A model generated the notes under the pieces. It was not told where the DNA came from and made no database searches. It saw nothing but the letters and a program-made list of their open reading frames with translations. A program made the position numbers and the translations under genes. This document shows, one piece after another, positions 12,696 to 24,845 of a stretch of 64,000 nt of DNA. Positions within the stretch are counted from its first letter, which is position 1. Every line of letters starts with the position of its first letter. The DNA comes from Convolutriloba macropyga (lineage: Eukaryota), in NCBI RefSeq assembly GCF_964194025.1, contig NC_134482.1, forward strand, positions 16,492,001 to 16,556,000. Reading direction: 5' to 3'.

Positions 12696-14099
12696 ATCGA
12701 AGTCTCCAATAATAGCCACTATCGCTTCACAGCCAATAATCAAAGTAGATGAGATAAATAACAATAGAAATATAGTGATTTTGATTCAGAATTAGTAAAA
12801 ATATAGAAGCAGTTAGGAAAACAGCCTCCCTTCGCCTACAATGTTCTTATTAAAACTTCTACTACTTATTCAATGTAGCCATTCTACCGTTTTAAATAAA
12901 ACGGATTTCTGATTTTTTTTGCGAAGTTTTTGGATCTTTTTAATTCAAAGTGAATTGGCTTTTTTTTTCTGTTTGCGACCCCCAGTATACTGTATGCAAC
13001 GCATGGAAAAGGATGTCCCTTTACATGGTGGATCTTTTATGAAAAAAATTGGCTTGATCACTTGGGGGTTGCCAATAAAATTTAACAAGCTGGGAGAGGG
13101 GTGCTCTCTTAACTATCCGTTATTCTAATAGTACATTGATAGTATTACGAAAGTTTACATAAACAAAACCAACTAAAGTCAAAGGTCACAATGTTTTGAC
13201 GAGTACAGACGCTTGGTAACTGAACTTGTATTTGCTAAGAGATGAAAAAAAAATTTGCTTTGTCTCCTTAGACAGCTGTTGTTGTTGTCGCTTTACAGTA
13301 AGAAACTGATGGGAGTTGATCCCTAGTTTGAGTTTAGAAAAGAGTTCAGCATAATTGTGTCGATAAACTTAAAAAAAGAGTATTATGAAATTCTACTCAT
13401 AAATGGTCTTCATTGTGGGCACCAGCTTTTTAGTAAACGCCATCGATGCTGCTCCCGTACGTGCTGAAGAGGTTCCTCCGACGATTTTAATTCGCAGCCC
13501 ACGGACTGAGCCTCAACCCTGGGTCAAGTAAGCCCCTTAAAAGACTACAATACCTTCCGCAAAATGGCACGTTATCTTAAAAGTTCAACATTGTTATCTG
13601 GCACAAAATAATTAACAAAACACTCACCAAACCTCCTTACAACAATAATCGGGCTTGTCGCATTGGCAGGTTGTTGAGTCTCATCAAAAAATTCAAGCCT
13701 CGACTAGCTGCCCTTGCTTAGACCGCAGGGTCGTCGGCTCCTAACATACTGGAGAAACTAGGGAGTTCTCGAGTAGAGACAATCGACATCAGAAACCGTT
13801 TGCTTTCGACTCGAAAATGGAGATATAATTCTATTGTTGAAAACATTCGTCGTGTCCATCGACCAGCTTACTTGGATTTAAAATTTCTTTCAACCGTCCT
13901 AAATAACGCGAATAACTTTAGTTGCTTAGCCCAAAGGAAGGGTGGTTATTGGAAACGCCCAAATATCAAGAAAAGAAAGAAAGCACGAGTAGAAAATGAG
14001 CCAAGGTTGACTTCAGGTTACTTCTTTGTTTTTCTCTTGTTGGGTTTTCTGCATCCTTGAGACTTAAGTGTTTCGAGGGCAACGAGATCTCGACTTAGG

Positions 14100-17000
14100 G
14101 ACTTAACATTGAAATTCCTCATACATCCAACTCCAATAGTGACCCATGGGGTCAATGCGCTCTGCAGGTCACAGATGATGGACATGGAGCTCTACAATTT
14201 CATAGGTGTGACTTCTGGTTCCAGCTATAATGTACTTCTGTTCCTGCAGCCCTGATAACTCTGGGTTTGGCTTTGTGAGTCTTGCGAAAGTCCAGCTAAA
14301 GAAACATTCTTCATGTCTTCTCCCAATGTTGACAAAATCCAGAAACTTGGTGAAAGCGCTGACAAGTTGAAGAATAATTTCGTGTTCGTTAACGAAATTA
14401 AACGTGAATTGACGGAGATAAAGTCCTTGGTCATTTTTGTTTTTAACAGAGATCAACAACATCAAAGCTAAATTGTCGGAAGCCAATTTTAGTTCACCAG
14501 CAGAGCCTGCAGTGGTACCAAAAATTCTCGGAAACTCCTTTTTCGACCGCTTCAGAGAAGTATAAGGTATCAACGAACAAGATCCAACGTTGAAGTCTTC
14601 AGAAAGACTAAAAAAGACCATTCTACAGCACAAAATCTGATTGAGAAATGAGATCCGTCCATTTACTCAATCGAAGACGTCCACCAAACTGGCGTGCCGA
14701 TCATGAACCCGGACCAGTTGTTGTAATTTTCCAAAGTCAATGGGACAAACGGATAGACTGTCGAATTCTTATATGCTGAAGAAAACCAAGTTCTTCCAGA
14801 AACCAATGTTAACTCCGCAAAAACAAGCCCTGGAGAAACAAATGCTCAATTTGTGATTCAATCTATCAAATATATGCATCTACAAACAAGAGCTGTGAAT
14901 TTTGAGTTTAAAACTTTGTCATGGGAATACAATTTTGGATCATTCCAAAGTCCCAGATGTTCTAGCAAAGCAAATTAAAGTCACCTGAATACGCAATTAC
15001 TTTTTTGTAAATAAATTGATTGTTTCCCTCTTCTGAACTCTGGAGTATTGCTATCGCTAGAAAAATGACCTGAATTCGCAGCCCTCCTACATAAACACCA
15101 ACCACAACTGGATTTTCTCATCCGGAAATCCTTAGGTACGACGCTTGAAAGCTTGACTTTTCACCTGGGGATCGTTTTCAGTTATTGGAGATGAAGACCG
15201 CATACAAGGTCCACACAGCGGGACTCTGATTTTGCAGAACATCTCCAATACAACATTTGCGAAATCCTATGGCAATCCTGTCATAAGCAACGTTGACGTT
15301 GACATTAATTCTTCAGCTCTCATCAAAGTTGACGATCGTATCGCCCTCTTCAGTTTGGTCTACATGCCCCCACAAGGTAGTCCTTATGGATTCAGAACTA
15401 CATCCTTGGCTAGCGTTCTACATTTTGGCTTGACATTTCTGAGTTTTAATGACAATATTGCATTTGAACACCGCCATATGTGCCATCTTCGTGATTTTAA
15501 CATTCCGAAAACTGATTGGTCGACATTCAGTTATTCATATGCGAGAGAAACTAACTTTTTAAACATCTTAGATGACTATGAACTGTGCCCTTTTATTTTC
15601 GGTTACGCACACAGCTGTGGCAATTTCCTCGACAACCTTCCCGTTCTCTCATCTATCACCGGTTGTTTTGACTGTCTCGTGCTCTCACTCACTCCTTTCT
15701 CAGATAATGCTCTCATATCAGCAAAAATATACACAAAAATCCTTGCCCTCCTCTATAAGAATTCGAACTTATGCGTTTACTGAACCAGACAATTTTACTT
15801 TTTGCTCACTATGGCAAACTTACACCTGCTTCAATTATTTTTCTGCGAACACGGTCGCCGATTGCTACCACCATCTGCGTAACAGTTATTTTGGAGAGTA
15901 ACAAGAAAAAGGACGTCCGTGCCAATCTACTACTCATTCCATACTGTGCATACTTTGAAAAAACAGGCAATTAGCGTTAAAAAGTGTCATTCTGGTAATG
16001 ATGTTGAGCGTAACTTTGAGGACAACCTTGAAAAATCTGTGGAATTGGACAAAATGCTCTACGTATCTGGGAAGATCATATCCAACCTGGATTCTTGCTT
16101 CAAAAAAAAAGTTTCATGGAAAAAAGTCTTCTCCATCCACTGTTCAATGCTTTCGGTACATCGAAATTTGGTTCATGGATTTACGTTGCAAATGTTTTCA
16201 ATGATTTTTTTTGCTTTGAATTGCAATACGAACTCATACGGAACAAGGATACCAGATAATAGCCAAAATCCTATCTTCCTCAATGACTTCTGCGGCTTAT
16301 CTAGCGACTCTGATATTCTTCAAGTTATTCTAAACAGCATTGCTTGCACTTATGAGAACCATCATGACTTCCCGAATTGTCTTTTGAAGAAATGCTCTGG
16401 TCTTTTTGCAACGTTGTTGCGGACCGTCTTCAATTCCATAATTCTGGACTGCCAACTGCCCGAAATAGGAAAACCTTCATTTATTAAACCTATTCACCAA
16501 GACGCTTGCCGGAAAAAGATCACCAATTTCCGTCCAATTAGTCTGCAGCCAAAAATCTCATTGATATTGGAAAAGTTAATCCAAAAAATTCTTATTGATA
16601 TACTCAAAAATAAAATTTATCAGAGGCAGTATGGTTTCCAGTCAAAGAGATCGACAATTTTTACAGCTCTTTGAATACGCCAGCTACCTATATCTCAACA
16701 AGGGAGACATACTCTTCTAGATATACTTCAATTACGGCAAAGCCTTCGATCAAGTCCCACATTACGTTTTACTAGTGAAACTCGGAAAAATTGGCCAGGG
16801 CTCGAATTTTGTTTCCCTCCTTGAAAGTTACTCCCTCGGAAGATTTTAAGCAGTACGGATCAACGTATTTTCTTCGATGCACATAACAGTTTTGACCCAG
16901 TTATAACAGTGGCGAACCTCATAGTACAGTACTTAGGCCCGTTTTTCTCAATTTTTATCAAAAACTTGCCGTGTATTCTTATGGACGGTATTATGTGGTT

Positions 17001-17860
17001 ATTTGCTGATGACTCAAAACTAGTATTCAACTGCTTGTATATCAATGACACCCTTCTATGTTTTTGCAATTGCAATCAAGCAAACGAGATGTTATTCAAC
17101 GCAAAAAAGTGCTTTCGTGTTTCTTTGGGAACTGTCCAGCCAATTTTAGAGTAAGCCGACATCACAATTTCTCAACAAGAGTGAGCGAAAGATCGCTGAG
17201 TTTTTGTCAACAAAAAGGTAAGATGGAACACGCACACTCAGTTTAAAGTCACCAAAAGCCGCAGAGGTTTCTACAAGCATAAGATTACTATCCCTCGGAG
17301 CACTCCATCACATATCAAGTACAGGACCTAAGTCGCCTATCTTGTTCCAATGTTCCTCTCTGGTTCGCAAATCTGTTGCTTGTCCGTTTCAGACGTCAGT
17401 GTTTTCAAGAATATCCAGGAAAATGAGAAATTAGATGGACTTACGTGGGTTCTAGAAACTACTTGGTCGCTCTTATCACACACAAATTTCTACCGATGGC
17501 TTCTAGAATCCAAGTTGAGGACTGCCGACTGTTCAGTCTCTTCGCCCTAAAAAACTTTTGAGCGACTTCCGTAATAGTGTTGAAGTTGATCTCTTAGTGT
17601 GACGAGAAGACAGAGAAACAAGTTCAAACTCGAACGCAAAGTAGCCTTTACGAACAGTCCATCAATGTGCTCAATTTTTTTTATCGTCATGGGATAATTG
17701 ATTATTCAAACTTCAAGATCAACAGTATTGTTCAACACTTTGATTCTATCGATCCATATTCTACTCTCTGTTTTTGATGTTCATGGATTGCTGGTTGCAT
17801 TTGCACCACGTGTACGAGCTTTGTGAATGTTAAATAGGAGAAATGAATTTCATTGATTTT
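14100..17860 (+). mobile_element. Degenerate CR1/L2-group LINE (possible ORF1 remnant, APE and RT)
   Basis: APE: VYMPP, DFNIPKTDW, GNFLD, SDN. RT: IKPIHQ..NFRPISL, QYGFQSKRST, KAFDQVPH, LGPFFSIFI, LFADDSKL. C-terminal CICTTC. Many stops and frameshifts; 5' limit approximate. Confidence 0.8.
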
Positions 17861-18991
17861 TAGTTATTGGCCCTTAATCGGGTATTAAGCCTTTTTCTCT
17901 CTATCACACACACTCTCTCTTTCTCTCACACTTGTTTCCCTGCAGTGCTGGCAGTCGCACGCAATCAGCCAGGTGCAGGAGTTGAGTTCGTCGTATATAG
18001 CATCTACAACTCTTCAAGGTAGTTCGATCAGCCGTCTTTTCAGTCCGAAGGGTTCCTCGAAGTTTACGTGTTGGTTTACGTTTTCTTAGTACATAACCCC
18101 ATCTTCTTGGCATCATTTGGCAACTACGTTTTCTAGGTTGAGTGTTTTGTTCCACTTGTAGCTTGTAGGTTTTGCCGCCAAAAAACTTTCTGTGTGTGCG
18201 ACTTCGTCATCAATTTCGAAGGTACGCTAACACTGTCTCGTCATGATGAACTTTGTTCAAGATCTTTTAGGAGATTGTGGACTAGGATGTCGGTTTCTGC
18301 CAAGTGGTAGTAGATATTTGTGTTACCGACCGCTGACAGTAGACGATAATAAACAGTTTTTGAGTTTTTTACCTGTTGTTGAGGGGACAGACGGGGACGT
18401 GGATCAAATGGGTGCTTTCCGATGGAATTATATATGGGGTCGTGCCAAAAAATTAAAATCTTTGCCTGCTGAGATTTCTTTTGGATTTCCTGGTTGAGTC
18501 TGTGCTGAGCTCTGCTCTGTCGGCGTAGATGCAGACAAGGTATTGCTATAATGTTCCTATAGAACAAGTGTCGTCGTCTACCACGTTTCCAGGTTTCGGT
18601 TGCGTGACGAAGACTGCTTGCTCCGGTTATAAAGACCATCAAGAGGCCGCAACTGCTGCCTATGACATGCAATGAACTAAGATTGCTGATTATGCAAACT
18701 TAGTTAATCGCAAATATTTCTTCAGTTCAAATCAGGAACAAATCAGATAGTCACCTGGGACACATTCTGAACAATATAGTTGGGTTTTCAATGTCAACAG
18801 ATTTGTTGAATTATATTCCTCACACTCAAAGAATGTCTTCAAAACAGTTCTTGCGAACCACAAACAGTTACAAATCAAATGCTGTTTTATAGCACGCTAC
18901 TACGTAAAATAATAGCACGTGCGCCCGTGGGGCGTAAAAAATAAAGCCACTATGGTGAGGGGATATTATAGAATAGATCTCGAAACATTTC

Positions 18992-19143
18992 TTGGATCTT
19001 TTCCGTTTGCGTTCCCCACAGCTTACTGGACGCATATTATTTGTACCCCCAGATGCATGTGCTATATTTTAAATAAAGATATATGATGTAATGGCACGTG
19101 CTCTGTAACTGGGGGATGCATAGCGTACTGGGGGGCACAGACG
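18992..19143. mobile_element. MITE copy, inverted relative to 43449-43620
   Basis: ttggatcttttccgtttgcg...gcacgtgctctgtaactgggg is the reverse complement of the 43449 copy interior. Confidence 0.6.
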
Positions 19144-19597
19144 TACACGATACCAGTTCTTGTGAATCGCAAACTTTATGTAATGAAGAGAAATCACATC
19201 CGCGGCTTTTTGATTCCTTTCAGATGGTCCTCAATGTCCTAGCCCTGGCAAGAGGCTCCAGGTGACAATAAGCCCAAAACTCACGTGCGTTTTAATGGGA
19301 ATAGAAAATAATTAACAAGTTTTCGTTGTTCAACTTGAAGATGATGCTCCCGGAAACAAATTCTAGGCAACAACAATCAAGTGTTGAATGTCCATCAATA
19401 ATTTTGCGGCTTCGAATTACCAGAAACATCTGCTATCTAACAATCTTCATCCAAGCAATTACTTATTCGATGTCGTCATTGTACATTATCGTTTATGAAA
19501 TTTACTACTTGAGTGACATCTTATGGGTAATTTTTTGCGCATTTATTGGCTTTAGGAGTGATGCGAGTGTTTTATCTTTTCTACTAAGGCAACATTG

Positions 19598-19770
19598 ATC
19601 TTCTCCTGCACTGGTGGAGCTAGCCTGTCAGCGTCGAAAGCCATCGCAATGCTTAAAACAATGATTCGCAAAAGAAATGAGGACTCATATTCCAAAATGA
19701 TTGCATACATAAGGACAAAGCTTATCTTCGCCTAGCTCCATACTCTTTCTCCGTGGCGCGCAATCAACGA
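19598..19770 (+). mobile_element. CRE-clade retrotransposon extreme 3' fragment
   Basis: Translation FSCTGGAS...KRNEDSYSKMIAYIRTKLIFA resembles the F(S/T)xTGG..YS..+R.KLSF end of the RLE domain. Confidence 0.6.
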
Positions 19771-20179
19771 AAGACTACAAGCTGTTTTACTTATTAACGA
19801 TGCCTTCACGTTTGAATACTGTCAGCAAGTATAAATGTATATAGAATTTGACTTGTCGCCTCTGAGTTGACCGACTACAGTATAAAGGAAAAGGCCTTTT
19901 TCAATTGACCTTTTATTCTTAGGAGGTAAACCGTTTAGCAGGCACTTTTCTGCAGTACCCTTCGTGATATTTCTTTTTTAGCGAAGTGACATTCATAGCA
20001 TTTTTTACTATTGATCACCTTTGACAGTCCTCACTCGCGTCTTTGTTACTAAACAGTAATTCTATCACTCATATACATGTACTGCTGTTCATGGACTAAG
20101 TCAATCATAAAACCATATTTAAAAATGTTTTCGCTATAGCTAGCATCATCAGTTAAAATGCAACTGACAGCCAATTTTA

Positions 20180-22075
20180 CTACTAAAACGATTTCATTCC
20201 ATTTATGATACAAAATAGTAAACTCGATAAAAGCTTATTCGTTGAGAAATTGGACTTACAGGATCCGAAAGAGTGTTTCAATTTTCTTAGATGTCTCTGA
20301 ACGACCGATAATTACCCGACCACGATGTATCTGGGCAACGCATTGTCTTCTTCCGCTGTCGGTAACGAAACCCTTTGCAATAAGTTTTTCGGCTCCCTCT
20401 ATAGCGACAAACAGTGTTACCAACCCTTTCACCCAGCAAATGAAATTGTTCTAAGCGACATCGTTTTCACCACTGCTCAAATTGAATCCTTACTGCGTCA
20501 AAATTAAAACTCCTTTGAAATGAGTCCGAATGGAATTCTAAGTTTTGTTTTTGTCCTGTCATGCAATGTAATAGCACCTCTGGTGTACCAGTTGTTCACA
20601 TGGATATGCGAACAGAAAATTTGGCCGGAGGTCTGGAATTTATCATATGTAATTCCCATTCAATAGTTTGGTTCAACTATTGATATCACCAACTATCGTC
20701 CAATTAGTATTTTATCTAAATTATCATTACTATTGGAATTCCTCCTTTTTGAACATGTGTATCCGAGCGTTCGCTCTTCAATTTCAAATCAACAGTCTGT
20801 CTTTATGGAATTCCGCAACACTGTGACCCAGATGTTATATTACTTGGACCATATCTACTTTTTATGTGACAAAAACGTGCCGGAAGTTGCAGTATCTATT
20901 GATCTAAAGAAAGCGTTTGATTCCGTCAAACATAACGTATTATTGGCGAAACCAGAAAAATACGGTTTCCACATCAACTTCCTGACACCTATGGTTTCAT
21001 TTTTGTTCACAGGAGACAATGTTTTAAACTTGATTCCTCTCTTTGTTCGGGGATTCTTGAAACCTCTGTTGTTCCACAGGGCAGTTTAATTGGGCCCGTT
21101 CTGTTCATTCTGTTCATTAATGATATTGGTGACAACCTTGAAAGCAGCAGCTACTTTATTTGTAGTGGTGAATTGAAGATTGTTTTATCCGCCGAGCTAA
21201 AACCAGTGCAAGATGCTCTGGATGTCACTTTTAATTGAGCGTTTTCCAATACTCTAACCTTCCACCAGTCCAAGTGCTCTGTACTGTCTTCTAATTTTAC
21301 ATTTGACTCGATTTTTACGTTGGTCAACGTCTTACTCATCTCGACGAGCCGAATTATTGACTTGGGTTTAATTATTACGTCAAATCCAACATGGGAAACT
21401 CTTATTGATGAAAATTGACCATGTCAATTTATTTCTTTGATTTTCTGAGAAGAAAAGCTCTTTTTAATGTTAGAGCGAAACGGAAGAAACTTCTCTATAG
21501 TACACTCATTCAGTCAATCCTATTATACGGAAGTCCTGTTTGATCACCCACAAGAACCCAACTGCAACGTTTGGAAAGATTTCAGTGTTGAATGGTGAAA
21601 TGGATCAAAAGCGCAGATGGTTACATCACGAAGCTCAAACAACTTACACTACTTCCTATATACTTCCAGCTAATAAAAACTGACCTCATCTTATTATGGA
21701 AACTGTGCAATGACAAAATTGATAAAAGAACCCCCTCACTTTCAACTGTTTATCCACACTTTTATCAAATCATTATATTTTAAACATTCCATCTGAAAGA
21801 AAAATTTAGAGTGACAATAATTTCTTCATTCGTGCTCCGAGGATTGCTAATGTGCTTTTAAATTTCAAGATAATTCTTTCGACATCCCATTAACTTCACT
21901 TAGAACCGCTATATCTAAAAATCCGGATGCTTAGATGGATTTTTTTCTATTGATAAACCATGCACGTTCTAAATTGAATATTTCTGTAAATTTTGTCGAT
22001 CTTAACGTACCAGTTCGCTTTTTCCTAGCGCTGTACCTCTCATATAGAGAATTAGGTCTTTTACTACTACTAAAA
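20180..22075 (+). mobile_element. 5'-truncated degenerate CR1/L2-group LINE (RT)
   Basis: NYRPISILS, DLKKAFDSVKH, VPQGSLIGPVLFILFIND, C-terminal FCKFCRS*. (TAC)n tail at about 22063-22072. Confidence 0.8.
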
Positions 22076-22299
22076 TAACAACTAAATTAAAAATTTCTTG
22101 GAAGTTTTTTCTTGAATTAAAATTTCTGAAATTTTGTTTTCATTCAGATCTTAAATCTGGATTAAAGATCTTGTCTTTTGTCGTTTAAAAGTCTTCAAGG
22201 AGATTGGAACATTTCAAAATTTTATTTCGCTAAAATGTATATTTGGGAAAAACATTTTACTTCTAATAATTTTTAACCTAATATAAGCTCATTGCCTCG

Positions 22300-22960
22300 G
22301 TACCTATCGCGCGTGTTCAGCGATGTCTTCCGTTAAACTATATCTATTGCTTTGAGTGTCTCGAGCTTTTGTGGCAAATGGCACGGGCAGCTTTAATATT
22401 CTGCTGCCGTCTGGAAAGAGTTTTAATACCTTGAGATCTAAGCGAACTGCCTTCCTGCTGAGCGAATGATACAGCAATACAATGAAAAAAAAAAGAATAG
22501 GAGCTGATCTATCTTTATATTGATGAACGAGAAAAAGATGAAATGCTTCGAGCTTAAAATATTGATACGCGCATCAACTTTATCAATTCATGAACTGTGC
22601 ACTTCTTTTATCAACGGAAACAGGAGCAGCATGGTGACTTATTTCATTGCATTGACTACAAATTTTGGATCCTCTGAAAATTTGAACCAAAGGTGGAATT
22701 GCATTTATGGATGGATGCCAACCAAGTAATTTCCACTCAATGTGTTCTTCCGGAGTATTCTGGTTGAATACTACGCCAGAAGATATGGGACTCGTTAAGA
22801 AGATACACAACGACGAAAAACAATAGGAAATGTGTTCTTCAAAAAAGGCAAAAATAATCTTTAATATTCACCAAATAATCTTTTAAAGCCAAAAAAAGCT
22901 TTATATTACTTAAATCTTCAGTTCTTGAGAACTGAAGATCAAGTTAAAACCAAAATTGCA
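22300..22960 (+). mobile_element. Highly decayed CRE-clade 3' fragment
   Basis: Colinear nucleotide similarity to 24530-24840. Decayed GASSWL..LP, IA..+G..P.N..S.C and HND motifs. Confidence 0.55.
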
Positions 22961-22989
22961 AAATTCTGTGCACTGAATATAATGGATTG

Positions 22990-24845
22990 CACCACCACGG
23001 ACCAAAAGAAGCAGCGATGTATCAATAATGTAAACAATGAGAAGATGACCTGATCTTCAGATCTCCGAACAAATTTTTGAACTGTTCATTGGGAAAATGA
23101 TAGCAGGTGCCACAGCCAAAATCTAAATCCGAATGTCAAATTAACAATTTCAACGAATCTGATAAACAAATGGCTCTTTAAAAAGATACTAATTGCCCTC
23201 CAGTGTTTTACGGTAAACGCAAAAGACGGCGTCTTTCCCTGAACACAGAATCCCGACCGATGGAAGAACAAGAACAGTGCTTCAAAGTTTCAGAAAAGCA
23301 TATCTCATACAAAAACGAAGAGGAGCCTCAATATAAAGTAGCTGCAAGTCTTTTTTGAAATATATACTGCTTGTAATATTTTTAGACAAATGGCCTTTCC
23401 ACACGTAGAGCTGGTCAGGAAATCCAATGGACGCCACGGGCCGTCAGGATCTGACCTTCAAGAATGGCGCAGGTTTTTAGCTTCCTTTGGAACTTCATCG
23501 AGTGGTCAGTGCAAAAAAGAACAAACAACTAACCAGTAGAAAAGCGAAAGACTATCCATCTTTCTCTGACCATATAACGGGCGCACCCTCATTGCCCCTG
23601 ACAACTGTCCTTTTGCACGATCTCTCGGCGTTGATGAAGTGCTGCAACAAACTATAGAGCGAAGCACATTGAAGTGCGTTAAAGCTGATCAGATACAGCT
23701 TGGCAGCAGAACGCAGTTATCTTTAGGGCAATGAATTAGAATAGATCATGTTACTCATTTTTGCAGTTTCCATACGAAAGTCTAAACCCGGAAGCCATCC
23801 TCCTTATTGATGAAAAAATTGGATTCAACAACCTAAACCTCAAACTTGCCTTCAAAACATACAAAAACAATACCTTTTGCTGTATGCAGACCCATGAAAT
23901 CATACAAAATTGGCATCTAATCTTCTCATTAACATTTGACCTTAGTAGAAGGCATCACTCAGTGTAGCCCATTTGCCATGGCTAATTATCCAAGAGTAGT
24001 TTTAATTTCTATCTGCCAAGTAACGAAGCCGAGCACACTACAAAAATGATGTGCAGACAATGAGAACGGTCCCGGATCAATCAACTGGCTCAGATATTTG
24101 GTTCGAAAATTATTTGAATCTGGGCAAGAGTTTGGAAACAGTTTTAAAAACTGCCAGCTGTTCATTAAACAAAGACACCTTGCCGAAGCGAAGAAACCAA
24201 TAATCGGCAAAGGGAAGTATGAGAAAACATCAATTCTTTGAATCGGCTATTGCAATTTTTTTCTTGATCTCAGTTTCTAGAGTAAAAAGGGAAAGATTGC
24301 ACCTTTTAGCTGAAAAAAGCTATGTAAACATTTGAAAAGCTCTCCTCCATTTGTCTACAAAAAGTTTGTCAATCCTGTGCAATTTAGGTTGACCTTCAGA
24401 ACTATAACCACCACGACTCTCGAAATCTGTTTGAAAAAACGGAAACGTTTCTTAGCATCGAACACATATCGTTAATCCTGAGTCATCTAAGCTACAACGA
24501 TAAATACGGAAATCTACTCTCCTCCTAACCTTAAGATCTAAGCGGATTGCCGTCTTGTTGAGCGAGCGATGCAACATTACAAAAAAATAAGAAGAGGTGA
24601 TCTTTTTATGGATAAACGAGAAAAAGATAAAATGCTTCGAGCTGAAAAGGTCGAAGCAAGCATCAACCTTATCAGTTCAAGACCTGTGCGCTTCTTTCAA
24701 CCTCGGAAACAAAAGCAGCATGGTGATTAATTTCATTGCCTTGACTGCACAATTTTGATGGTCTGGAAATTTGAACTATGAGGTGCAATTGCATTTATAT
24801 GTGGATGCGAACCAAGTAAACTCCACTCAATGTGTGCATCCAGAG
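22990..24845 (+). mobile_element. Highly decayed CRE-clade retrotransposon (RT through Zn-knuckle region)
   Basis: Manual translation: GPSGSDLQEWRRFLASFG, PYNGRTLIAPDNCPFARSLGVDEVL, QLSLGQ, EAILLID..GFNNLN, EGITQCSPFAMANY (decayed RT domains 0-4). Confidence 0.7.

Noticed and set aside
17900-18700. ORFs 17904-18155, 18241-18672 and 18243-18497
   Set aside because: No recognisable motifs or splice-supported structure; probably repeat-derived.
22430-24840. Apparent local duplication (22430-22750 vs 24530-24840)
   Set aside because: Better explained as two decayed copies of the same CRE-clade family.
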